Source: a virus
Taxonomy: Duplodnaviria > Caudoviricetes
Virus record (IMG/VR): IMGVR_UViG_3300027819_000030
Coordinates: 1 to 38,968 of that record
Direction: 5' to 3' (one strand)
Length of the DNA stretch: 38,968 nucleotides
The notes beneath the pieces were generated by a model that worked only from the letters and a program-made list of their open reading frames with translations, was not told where the DNA came from and did no database searches. This document shows positions 7,658-16,439 of this stretch, piece by piece. The position numbers and the translations under genes are program-made. The number at the start of each line of letters is the position of its first letter. Positions within the stretch are counted from its first letter, which is position 1.

Positions 7658-9853
7658 ATGCGCGCGTTCCTCCGGCTCCTCGTCCTCGCGCTACTCGCGC
7701 TACTCGCGTTCGTGGCCGACGCGCGGCCTGCGGTCGATGGTGCCAATTTCGGCACCGATGCGCCTTGGTCGACGTCCGACGAGGACGCGCGCGCCTTCGA
7801 CGCAGCGGCGTTTGAGCAAGCACGCGCGCCGCCTGCGGAATGGCTCGCACAGTCCTCCTACACGACACCCAACGGTTGCACGCCCGCCAACGTCTGGTTC
7901 TCGGGCGGCACATATTTCGCCCGCTCTTGCCTGCCGCTGCTCGGATTCTCCCTCGACCTCCAGAACTCGATCGTCCCGGAGTACGCGCGCGGCTCCGCTA
8001 CTCCCACCTTCACCCGCGCCACTACCGCCCCAGTCACCGACTGGGAAGGCATCGTCCGCACTGCGCTCTCGGGTGAGGCGAGATTCCGGGGGGCGAGGCG
8101 AGTACACAACGACATCACCCATCCGGAAACACCGGCCGACGCCTCATGGGGTGTAGACAACGGCGGAACCGGAAGTATCGCCGTAAAGACCCCTGCGTAT
8201 GCGGCTGCACCAGATGGCACCCAAACAGCCGTCCGTGTTCAGTGGAACCGCGGCGCCGGCACTACGGCCTCGGACTACTCTCGCGCAACTGTGGCGGGCG
8301 ACCCGTTCCCAGAATATAGTGGGACTGCAATTCATTCGTTCTGGGCGAAAAGCACCAGTGGTGGTTCCGTCGTAGTGGCTGTGCAGTACACGACGGCTTA
8401 CGCCAATGTCCAGACGATCACCATAAACGGAACGTGGAGAAGGTACGCAACAAGCGCGTTTGCAGTTCCGCCCACGTATACCTTGGGCTTCGGGTGGGGG
8501 GCGTGGGGGGCAAATGGCGACCAGACGGGCGACATCCTTGTCTGGCACCCGCAGGTAGAAAACATCACCGGACAATCCAATCAAGCCCCTGGGGAATACG
8601 TCAGTCGCAATGTACTTGCCAGTCCGTGGCACGGTGCCGGAGTGGACGGCATCAAATACTTCAAGACGCTTAACGGCAACACCGTCTCCAGCAACGTCGT
8701 CACCGAAGCCACGGGCGCACTGATCACGAACGCGAATTCGTCATATGCAGATGCGAAGGGGCCGTTCGGCTACTTGGTCGAAGGCCAGCGCACGAACGAG
8801 GTGCTCTGGAACCGAGATCTCACGAACGTCGCCTGGACGCCGACGGATGCGACCGTGGCGAAGAACCAGGTCGGCATCGACGGTGCCGCAAGCTCCGCTT
8901 CGCTCATCACGGCCACCGGAGCGAATGCCACCGTTCTTCAATCGATCACGGAGGGTTCGGCAGCCAGGCGGCTATCCGCGTTCGTGAAGTGCGTGACCTG
9001 TACTGGCGAAATTGATCTCACCGAGGACGGCGGCTCGACCTGGACAAATGTCGCGAGCCTGCTCAACAGTTCTACCTACACGCGCGTCTCAACCCCAGCG
9101 CAGACCGTGACCAACCCGTCGGTCGGATTTCGAATCGTCGCGAGTGGCGACAAGATCGCGGTCGATTACGTGCAGAACGAGGCTGGGACCTATCTGACTT
9201 CTCCGATTGCGACGACGACGGTTGCGGTGACGAGGAACATGGACTTGCTCCAGTACCCGGCTGCTGGAAATGTTCCTTCGGTGGGCAGTTATTACGCAGA
9301 GGCCTCAGTATCTTGGATTGCTGGCGTAGAGCGCTTCGATGGAGGGAAATTCACTGTGGTAACGACGCAGCCTTCACTGACGGCCAATGGCGGCCCGCTT
9401 TTCATCATGGTGAGTGGAAGCAACATAACTCCTGTGCTCGTCAACACGTCGGACGCCATTGAATTCTACGGATGTTCAAACACGGGTAGCATGGTAATTC
9501 CGAACGATGGAACGGTTTCCTCTTTTTCCACGACTTCCATCGGTCCCGGAAGTTCCGGCTGTTACTTTTCCCTCAATGGCGTCTATTACCCGAATACCAA
9601 CGGGGAATCACACGGGCCGCTGGACGTAGGAACGACGATGACGGTAGGGATAAATCCCGGTGGCCTCAGTGCCCTCGTCGGGACAGTCAGAAGAATCAGG
9701 ATGTGGACCAGCCCGCTATCCCCCACACAGGTACAAGCAATCGCTTTCGACAACGCTTTTATGCCTGGTCGCGTCGCGTGGCTGGATAGCTACCGCAGGC
9801 TGGCAGCGAACGACGATCGCTTCTACCTGCAAGCGAACGGAGGCGCACGATGA
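7658..9853 (+). CDS. Head-spike/fibre-like protein with carbohydrate-binding-like and LamG-like modules and a signal peptide
   Basis: MRAFLRLLVLALLALLAFVADA signal; FTRATTA...GIVRTA and GYLVEGQRTN motifs typical of phage head-spike fibre domains; TSPIATTTVAVTRNMD motif; LamG-like ending (RIRMWTSPLSPTQVQAI). Confidence 0.65.
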   Translation: MRAFLRLLVLALLALLAFVADARPAVDGANFGTDAPWSTSDEDARAFDAAAFEQARAPPAEWLAQSSYTTPNGCTPANVWFSGGTYFARSCLPLLGFSLDLQNSIVPEYARGSATPTFTRATTAPVTDWEGIVRTALSGEARFRGARRVHNDITHPETPADASWGVDNGGTGSIAVKTPAYAAAPDGTQTAVRVQWNRGAGTTASDYSRATVAGDPFPEYSGTAIHSFWAKSTSGGSVVVAVQYTTAYANVQTITINGTWRRYATSAFAVPPTYTLGFGWGAWGANGDQTGDILVWHPQVENITGQSNQAPGEYVSRNVLASPWHGAGVDGIKYFKTLNGNTVSSNVVTEATGALITNANSSYADAKGPFGYLVEGQRTNEVLWNRDLTNVAWTPTDATVAKNQVGIDGAASSASLITATGANATVLQSITEGSAARRLSAFVKCVTCTGEIDLTEDGGSTWTNVASLLNSSTYTRVSTPAQTVTNPSVGFRIVASGDKIAVDYVQNEAGTYLTSPIATTTVAVTRNMDLLQYPAAGNVPSVGSYYAEASVSWIAGVERFDGGKFTVVTTQPSLTANGGPLFIMVSGSNITPVLVNTSDAIEFYGCSNTGSMVIPNDGTVSSFSTTSIGPGSSGCYFSLNGVYYPNTNGESHGPLDVGTTMTVGINPGGLSALVGTVRRIRMWTSPLSPTQVQAIAFDNAFMPGRVAWLDSYRRLAANDDRFYLQANGGAR

Positions 9854-10203
9854 GAAAAATCTTCGCCACGATTCTTTTCCTTTTCGCGTCAATCTTCGCG
9901 TTCGCCCAGTCGCAGCCAACAATCTATCGCGTCATCGTGCCGGTCTCGGCGATCACGCCCGAGACCTGGCCAGGCATCAACCAAGTCCCCGCGCAGGGGA
10001 TCACATGGGTCGAGCCGACGCGCGGTGTTGTCGTGGATTTCCTCACAACGGCCGCGCCACCCGCGAATGCGATCTACGTCGCGAAACTGGAAGGCGGCGT
10101 CTACTCCGAAGTGACCTTCCCGACGCCTCCGCTTGTCTGGGCTCACCACTTCGCAGGCTGGGACCACAGTACGTGGCCGGTTCCGCAGCCGCCTCCTGGA
10201 TAG
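9850..10203 (+). CDS. Secreted hypothetical protein
   Basis: MRKIFATILFLFASIFAFA/Q classic Sec signal with AFA cleavage site; ATGA overlap with the upstream gene. Confidence 0.65.
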   Translation: MRKIFATILFLFASIFAFAQSQPTIYRVIVPVSAITPETWPGINQVPAQGITWVEPTRGVVVDFLTTAAPPANAIYVAKLEGGVYSEVTFPTPPLVWAHHFAGWDHSTWPVPQPPPG

Positions 10204-10223
10204 CGGAGAAGGAAACATCGTGC

Positions 10224-10253
10224 TTCACAACGCACTGAAAAGAGCGTAAAAGC
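10224..10253 (+). promoter_or_regulatory. Putative late promoter upstream of protease/capsid genes
   Basis: TTCACA (10224-10229), 17 bp spacer, TAAAAG (10247-10252); same AGCGTAAAAGC as at 1224-1234. Confidence 0.5.
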
Positions 10254-10307
10254 GCCGCCGACGAACGATCCGACGCGGCACCGGACAACGAAGAAGGAGA
10301 TCAGACG

Positions 10308-12380
10308 ATGAACGCGAATGCGACGCAGGGTGCCGAGCGGGCCGCAGTCTTCGTGCCAATCAGCAAGGTCGACGAGTCCAAGCGCCTCGTCTTTGGCCGG
10401 GCGATTCAGGAGGTCCCCGACCGCGTCGGCGAGGTGTTCGACTACGACACCTCGAAGCCCTTCTTCGAGGCGTGGTCGACGAGCCAGTCCGAAGCGAGCA
10501 TGGGGAAATCGATGGGCAACGTGCGCGCCATGCACAAGGATGTCGCGGCCGGGATCCTCGTGCCCAAGGACGGCCTTCTCTTCCACGACGACGAGCGCGC
10601 GATCGATGTCTGTGCCCACGTCACGGACGACAGCGAATGGGAGAAAGTGCTGACCGGAACCTATACCGGGTTCTCCATCGGTGGCTCCTACGTGAAGAAG
10701 TGGGAGGACCTGGATCTGAAGAAGGTCCGCTACACCGCCGACCCGGCCGAGATCAGTCTCGTCGACCGGCCGTGCGTGCCGACTTCAACCTTCTTCGAAG
10801 TGGTGAAGGCCGATGGCGCGGTCGAGAAGCGCGAATTCAAGGCACCTGTCGATGCGGGCGACACCGGAACCACCCCTGGCGCGGCCTCCGAGTCCGGTTA
10901 CGAGCGCAAGGATGCCATCGCTTACCTCGTCGCCAAGGGCGAGAAGATCGAGGCCCTGGCCGCCGAATCCGACGCGACGCTGCGCAAACGCTACGAGGAC
11001 GGGCAGGCCGCCGACAAGGCCGAAGCTGAAGCCGGTCCGGTGATCGATGTCACAGTTGGATCTCCCGAGGAGCTGGTGGCCTTCTCGGCGTTCCTGTCAG
11101 CCCGCAAGATGACGATCGGCGACGTCACCAAGGCGCTGATCCAAGCCCTGGACCCGGACGCCCCCGACCCCAAGACAGTCGCGCGGCGCGCGCGCGATCT
11201 CGCCAAGGCCGCAGGCGAAGAGGGCGCCGACGCCTGGAAGACGCACATCGAGGATGCGAGCCTCGCGCTGCGGGACGAGGTCGCCGGGATCACCGACGAA
11301 AGCGTCACGGCGCGCGCGCTCGAGCTTGCGAAGGCCGCTGGCCATGCCGATACCTCGGCCATGACGCAGGAACAGACTTCCGAATTCTCCAAGGCCGCGC
11401 GCGCCGAACTGCGCAAGGTCGCCGCCCGCGAGGACACGAGTCCCAAGGAGGGAAAGGCCAAGTACGGCAACGTGAAATTCGCCGACGAGAAGAACAAGAA
11501 GTACCCGATCGACACCGAGGCCCACATCCGCGCCGCCTGGAACTACATCAACAAGGCGAAGAACGCGAGCAAGTACAGCGCGGAGGATGCCAAGGCCATC
11601 AAGTCGAAGATCGTTTCCGCCTGGAAAGCGAAGATCGACAAGGATGGGCCGCCCGCGGCGAGCGAAAAGGCGATGACGACCTCGGAGTTGCGCAAGGGCC
11701 TCTACAACTGCGGCCGCCTCGGCGAGCTGATCCAATCCCTCGACTACCTCGCCGAGTCGGTGGAGTACGAGGCGATGGTCGAGGACGATGGTTCGGACAT
11801 CGGGACGCGTCTCAATGCCGCCTGCGCCGATCTGTGCCAGATCCTCGTCGATATGACGCAGGAGGAAGTCGACGAGATGAACGAGGGCAAAGAGACGCCC
11901 GACACCGTCGCGCCCGTCATGGCAATGGCCGAGCAGGCCCGGGGCCTCGTCAAGCGGCTGAAGAAAGCGGAGGCGACCCACGTCGCCGCCTCGCTGAAAC
12001 ACGTGCAGAAGATGCACGACCTTGCCAAGGCCATGGGCGCGACTTGCAACGCTGCTGGTGGCGAAGGCAGCGATGCTGGTGCTGGAAAGCTCGATGCCGG
12101 CGAACTCGCCAAGCGCGACGAGGAGAACGCGGCCCTGAAGAAGACGGTCGCCGACCTCACCGCTACAGCCGAAGCGCTCCGCAAGGATGTCGAGATGCTG
12201 AAAGCCCAGCCGGCACCCTCCAAGGCGCGGCTGCGCGTGATCACCAAGGGCCAGGACCTGGACGATCCCGAGGCAGGCGACGAAGTCGAGCCGATCAAGA
12301 AGAAAGACGGAACGGTCGACGAGGTCGCCACAGCCATCCGCAAGAGCTGGAAGAAACCGATTACGGCCGCAGCCGAATAG
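10308..12380 (+). CDS. Prohead protease/scaffold fusion (XkdF-like protease, DUF6582-like domain, coiled coil)
   Basis: KVDESKRLVFG, GNVRAMH, YTGFSIGG and EISLVDRP protease motifs; FADEKNKKYPIDTEAHIRAAWNYI domain; C-terminal coiled coil; precedes the capsid gene. Confidence 0.82.
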   Translation: MNANATQGAERAAVFVPISKVDESKRLVFGRAIQEVPDRVGEVFDYDTSKPFFEAWSTSQSEASMGKSMGNVRAMHKDVAAGILVPKDGLLFHDDERAIDVCAHVTDDSEWEKVLTGTYTGFSIGGSYVKKWEDLDLKKVRYTADPAEISLVDRPCVPTSTFFEVVKADGAVEKREFKAPVDAGDTGTTPGAASESGYERKDAIAYLVAKGEKIEALAAESDATLRKRYEDGQAADKAEAEAGPVIDVTVGSPEELVAFSAFLSARKMTIGDVTKALIQALDPDAPDPKTVARRARDLAKAAGEEGADAWKTHIEDASLALRDEVAGITDESVTARALELAKAAGHADTSAMTQEQTSEFSKAARAELRKVAAREDTSPKEGKAKYGNVKFADEKNKKYPIDTEAHIRAAWNYINKAKNASKYSAEDAKAIKSKIVSAWKAKIDKDGPPAASEKAMTTSELRKGLYNCGRLGELIQSLDYLAESVEYEAMVEDDGSDIGTRLNAACADLCQILVDMTQEEVDEMNEGKETPDTVAPVMAMAEQARGLVKRLKKAEATHVAASLKHVQKMHDLAKAMGATCNAAGGEGSDAGAGKLDAGELAKRDEENAALKKTVADLTATAEALRKDVEMLKAQPAPSKARLRVITKGQDLDDPEAGDEVEPIKKKDGTVDEVATAIRKSWKKPITAAAE

Positions 12381-12438
12381 CGCGGCCACGCACGACATGG
12401 GCACTCCGATCAACCTCCAACCCCTGATAGACCCGCCC

Positions 12439-12508
12439 TCGCCGGGAGGCGACGGCACGCGGCATCGCTTGCGCCGGGAGGCGCACGTGCCGCTCCCCAT
12501 GAAGGAGC
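12439..12508 (+). promoter_or_regulatory. Structured 5' leader of the major capsid gene
   Basis: Two C(GGGA)G-capped hairpins, an enclosing CGGCACG/CGTGCCG stem, and GCTCC/GGAGC pairing over the Shine-Dalgarno. Confidence 0.5.
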
Positions 12509-12512
12509 TACC

Positions 12513-14051
12513 ATGCAAAACGCTGCTCAAGTCTCGGCCGATACTCTCCGGCTGATCAAGGAAGCGCAAGGCAATCCCTCCGCCGCTCTGCTCAAGGCCT
12601 ATACGCAGGCTGCGAGCGCGACGAGCGGTATCACCGCCTACGATCTCGAGGCCCCGGCGAAACTGCTCTTCCCGGTGATCACCCCACTGCGGAACGTCAT
12701 CCCGCGCGTCTCCGGCAAGGGTGGCATTCAGGCGAACTGGCGCGCCGTGACCGGCGTCAACAGCGCCCGATATTCCCTCGGCCTCGTCGAAGGCCGGCGC
12801 GGCGGCATCTCGACCGACACCACGGCCGACTACACCGCGGTCTACAAGGAAATGGGCCTCGATCAGACCGTTTCGTTCAAGGCCGAGCGCGCCGCCGAAG
12901 GGTTCCAGGATCTGGACGAGCTCGCCGTCGCCAACCTCCTGAAAGCTGTCATGATCGGCGAGGAGTTCTGCGACCTCGCCGGCAACACGTCGCTCGCCCT
13001 GGGCACGACCGCGAACGCCGTGCTGACGCAGGCGAATACCGGCGGGTCGCTCCTAGAGGACACCTCCTACGGCGTGGGCGTCGTCGCGCTGACCGCCGAC
13101 GGCTACTACCGCGCCTCGCTCACCGGCGGCGTCGTGCAGACCTACACGCGCACGAACGGCGACGGCACGACCGATACCTGCAACGGCGGAACCGCGATTG
13201 CCTCGACGCAGGCGAACGTGACCACCGCCAACGTGAGCGGGACCGCGAACACGCACGTCATCAACGCCACGGTGACCGCCAAGGCCGGGGCCTTCGCCTA
13301 CGCCTGGTTCTGGGGTGTCGCCTCGGGCAACCTGACCTTGGGCGCGATCACGACCATCAACTCGGTGCAGATCACCGCCACGGCCACCGGCAACGCGGCT
13401 CCCGCATCTCCGGGCATCGGCAACTTCAACGCCCTCGCAGCGACCGACTACTCGCAGGATTCGAGGATCTACGACGGTCTGCTGACGATGTGCTCGAACT
13501 CCTCGCTCAACTCCTACAGGGTCGTCCAGGCGACGGGCAACGCCGGCACGGGAACGCCGCTCACCTCCGATGGTGCAGGCGGCATCACCGAGTTCGATAC
13601 GGCGCTGCAGTCCTTCTGGGACAACTATCGGCTCGGGCCCGATACGATCTGGGTCAGCTCGCAGGAGATGAAATACCTGCGCCGGCACGTCCTCACCGGG
13701 GCGACCGCAGCGGCCCAGCGGTTCGTGTTCCAGGTCGACCAGGCCGGTGTTGTCGGCGGTGTGTCCGTCAAGAGTTACCTCAATCCGTTCACGATGGGTG
13801 GCCCGGCCGAGATCCCGATCCGGCTGCATCCGAACGTGCCACCCGGGACGGTGCTCTTCACGAGTCAGCAGTTGCCCTACCCGATGTCCAACGTCACGAA
13901 CGTGATGCAGAAACGTCTGCGCCAGGACTATTTCCAGATCAACTGGCCCATCACGACGCGTGTCCGCGGGTTCGGCGTGTACTTCGACGGCGTGCTGCAG
14001 CACTACTTCCCGCCCTCGATGGGGATCATCACGAACATCGGTGCCGGCTGA
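12513..14051 (+). CDS. Major capsid protein with a central insertion domain
   Basis: AAGGAG RBS; GITAYDLEAPAKLLFPVITPLRN N-terminus and IRLHPNVPPGT...GIITNI C-terminus resemble proteobacterial phage capsids; follows the protease. Confidence 0.85.
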   Translation: MQNAAQVSADTLRLIKEAQGNPSAALLKAYTQAASATSGITAYDLEAPAKLLFPVITPLRNVIPRVSGKGGIQANWRAVTGVNSARYSLGLVEGRRGGISTDTTADYTAVYKEMGLDQTVSFKAERAAEGFQDLDELAVANLLKAVMIGEEFCDLAGNTSLALGTTANAVLTQANTGGSLLEDTSYGVGVVALTADGYYRASLTGGVVQTYTRTNGDGTTDTCNGGTAIASTQANVTTANVSGTANTHVINATVTAKAGAFAYAWFWGVASGNLTLGAITTINSVQITATATGNAAPASPGIGNFNALAATDYSQDSRIYDGLLTMCSNSSLNSYRVVQATGNAGTGTPLTSDGAGGITEFDTALQSFWDNYRLGPDTIWVSSQEMKYLRRHVLTGATAAAQRFVFQVDQAGVVGGVSVKSYLNPFTMGGPAEIPIRLHPNVPPGTVLFTSQQLPYPMSNVTNVMQKRLRQDYFQINWPITTRVRGFGVYFDGVLQHYFPPSMGIITNIGAG

Positions 14052-14083
14052 TCCCGCCGGTAGCAGGTAGCCGATGACAGACA

Positions 14084-14138
14084 CCGGGCGGCGCGAAGCG
14101 AACGAACCAAACATCCGTCGCCGCCCGGCGCGTCTTTT
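14084..14138 (+). terminator. Hairpin/terminator-like element after the capsid gene
   Basis: Perfect 10 bp inverted repeat CCGGGCGGCG (14084-14093) / CGCCGCCCGG (14119-14128), followed shortly by TCTTTT. Confidence 0.45.
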
Positions 14139-14163
14139 CAAAACCACATAGGAGAAACCAGCC

Positions 14164-14415
14164 ATGGCAGGAAAATCGAAGTTCCACAGCGATGTCCGCT
14201 ACGCCGACACGCGCGGCTACGGGGCCATCACCATCGAAGGGCGCGAACTGGAAACTGGCGATGACGGCTGCGTCGAAGCGCCCGCCGTCCTCGAAGCGCA
14301 GATGGCCGATCACGGGTTTGTCCGCGAGTGCACCAAGGCCTTCGCCGACTGGCAGAAGGCGCGGCAGCCGAAGCCCGTCCAACAGCCGCAGCAGGCGCAG
14401 GGCGCGCGCAGGTAG
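14164..14415 (+). CDS. Small hypothetical protein after capsid
   Basis: AGGAG RBS, 83 aa, phage-like codon usage. Confidence 0.6.
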   Translation: MAGKSKFHSDVRYADTRGYGAITIEGRELETGDDGCVEAPAVLEAQMADHGFVRECTKAFADWQKARQPKPVQQPQQAQGARR

Positions 14416-14423
14416 GCGAGGCC

Positions 14424-15221
14424 ATGGACCTGAGCACGACCGCGCGCGTGAAGAGCTACCTCGGCATTCCGTCATCGAAGACGGAATCCGACGCGCTGAT
14501 CGCGCAGCTCGTCACGCGCGCCTCGGGCCAGGTGACGAAGTTCTGCACACGCAGCTTCGGGCGTCAGGTCACAACGGGTGCGAGGTTCGATGGCACCGGG
14601 AATGATCGCCAGATGCTGCCGAACACGCCGATCATCTCGGTGGAATCTCTTTCCGTGGACGGCGTCGCAATCGCCGCGTCTGCGGATGCGATCGCAGCGG
14701 GCTACCAGTTCGACGACACGATGCTCTACCTCTTCGGCTACGTGTTCACGCGCGGCCGGCGCAACGTGCTCGTGTCCTATACCGCCGGGTTCTCTTCGTC
14801 GGAGGCCGATCTCATACCGGCGACGAGCCCGTACACGATCACGCCCTCGACCTCGGACGCGAACGGGAACGACGGAGCCTCGCTCGCCGTTACCGATCGC
14901 GGCGTCGTCTTCACGACGACGGGTGTTGCGCTGGCACTGGTTGCTGGCACGCCGACCACCGGTCAGTACAACTTCGCGGGCGGCATCTACACCTTCGCCG
15001 CGGCAGACAAGGGGCTCAGCGTCACGATGAGCTACGACTACGTGCCAGCCGCGGTCGAGCAAGCCTGCATCGAGATGGTCGCGTTGAAGCTGCGCCAGCG
15101 CGACAACATCGGCGTGCAGTCGCGCGTCCTCGCCGGTGAGACCGTCACGTACACCGACCGCGACATGACCGCCGCGGTGAAGGGCTTGCTCGGGCCGTAC
15201 AACCGGAGGGCGCCCGTGTGA
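14424..15221 (+). CDS. Head-tail adaptor (gp6/gp15-like) with inserted beta domain
   Basis: DLSTTARVKSYL...DALIAQLVTRAS, FTRGRRNVLVSYTAG and VPAAVEQACIE motifs; start reassigned to ATG 14424. Confidence 0.78.
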   Translation: MDLSTTARVKSYLGIPSSKTESDALIAQLVTRASGQVTKFCTRSFGRQVTTGARFDGTGNDRQMLPNTPIISVESLSVDGVAIAASADAIAAGYQFDDTMLYLFGYVFTRGRRNVLVSYTAGFSSSEADLIPATSPYTITPSTSDANGNDGASLAVTDRGVVFTTTGVALALVAGTPTTGQYNFAGGIYTFAAADKGLSVTMSYDYVPAAVEQACIEMVALKLRQRDNIGVQSRVLAGETVTYTDRDMTAAVKGLLGPYNRRAPV

Positions 15222-15478
15222 AGCAGGCCACGCTCCTCTGCGTCTGGGGATTCGATCTTGCCTCCGAGGAATTCATCCTGCTCGGCGCATTCACGAAACG
15301 CGAGGACGCAGATGCGTTTGCGGCGCTCCCCGAGACCATCGCGGCGGCTGCGGCAATCCGTCCGAGAGTCATCGCAATGACGCTCTGCGAACTGAAAGCG
15401 CAGCTCTTGCGCGAGCGTCTTGGCCAGCTTCACGACGTGCTGCTCAGGATCGAGGCGAAGGGAAAGGCGCCGGCATGA
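15218..15478 (+). CDS. Hypothetical protein
   Basis: GTGA and ATGA overlaps with both neighbours; GGAGG RBS. Confidence 0.55.
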   Translation: MKQATLLCVWGFDLASEEFILLGAFTKREDADAFAALPETIAAAAAIRPRVIAMTLCELKAQLLRERLGQLHDVLLRIEAKGKAPA

Positions 15479-15960
15479 AGCTCATTGTGAACGTCGCTAC
15501 CGAGTCCGTCCTCGCCTCGCTGCGCGGCTTTCGCGTGCGGCTGATTCAGCGTCTGGTCACGACGCTCGCCCGGATCTCGATCGAAGTCCAGCGCGATGTG
15601 AAGGGCCTGAAGCTTTCCGGCCAGGTGCTGCACGTTCGCACCGGCACGCTGCGGCGCTCGATCAACCGCGAGGTCAAGCTGACAGGTGATGTCGTCGAAG
15701 CCGTGATCGGCACCAACGTCGCCTACGCCCACGCCCACGAGTACGGCTTCAAGGGCAAGGTCGACGTCCGGGAACATCTGCGCACCATCAAGATGGCCTG
15801 GGGCCGTGCCCTGAAAGAGCCCAAGCGCGTCACGGTACACGCGCACCAGATGATGATGAACCTGCCGGAGCGCTCATTCCTGCGCTCGGTTCTCAGGGAG
15901 CGCGAGGCCTCGGCCACGGCCGCCATTCGTCTCGCCGCCACCGAATCGGTGTTCGGATGA
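15475..15960 (+). CDS. Neck/tail-completion protein (HK97 gp10 / virion morphogenesis-like)
   Basis: RTGTLRRSI, GTNVAYAHAHEYG and PERSFLR motifs. Confidence 0.8.
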   Translation: MKLIVNVATESVLASLRGFRVRLIQRLVTTLARISIEVQRDVKGLKLSGQVLHVRTGTLRRSINREVKLTGDVVEAVIGTNVAYAHAHEYGFKGKVDVREHLRTIKMAWGRALKEPKRVTVHAHQMMMNLPERSFLRSVLREREASATAAIRLAATESVFG

Positions 15961-16424
15961 ACAAGACCCGGGAAGCCGTCTACGCCGCGCTCTTCGCGCG
16001 CTTCGCCGGGCTTGTCGATGCCGGCGGCACGAAGACCTTCATCGTTGCCGAACGCAAGCTGCGGGACTGGGAGACCGTGCAGGCCGAGGAGTGCCCGTAT
16101 CTCGGGCAGACGCAGGGTGGCCAATCGACGATCCAGCGCCGCGGTCTGCCGACGCAGTGGAAGCTCGGGGCGAGGCTCTACATCTACGTGAAGACGAACG
16201 CCTCGATGCTGCCAAGCGAGACACCAGCCTCGACGCTCAATCCGATCCTCGACGCCGTGGACGGCGCGCTCGCCCCCGATGCCACCGACAGCAAGGGCGA
16301 TGCGGTGTGCACGCTCGGCGGACTCGTCTCCCACTGCTGGATCGAGGGTGAAATCGAAACATCCGAAGGGCTGCTCGGGGATACGGAAGTCGCGATCGTG
16401 CCGATCGAGATCCTCGTCCCATAA
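15957..16424 (+). CDS. Tail terminator-like protein
   Basis: REAVYAALF N-terminus and TLGGLVSHCWIEG; lies just before the tail tube gene. Confidence 0.7.
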   Translation: MNKTREAVYAALFARFAGLVDAGGTKTFIVAERKLRDWETVQAEECPYLGQTQGGQSTIQRRGLPTQWKLGARLYIYVKTNASMLPSETPASTLNPILDAVDGALAPDATDSKGDAVCTLGGLVSHCWIEGEIETSEGLLGDTEVAIVPIEILVP

Positions 16425-16439
16425 CCAAGGAGGTCCATC

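Noticed and set aside
7676-7712. Short tandem repeat CTCGCGCTA as a contingency locus
   Set aside because: 9-bp in-frame unit with about two and a half copies encoding the Leu/Ala signal core; no phase-variation potential
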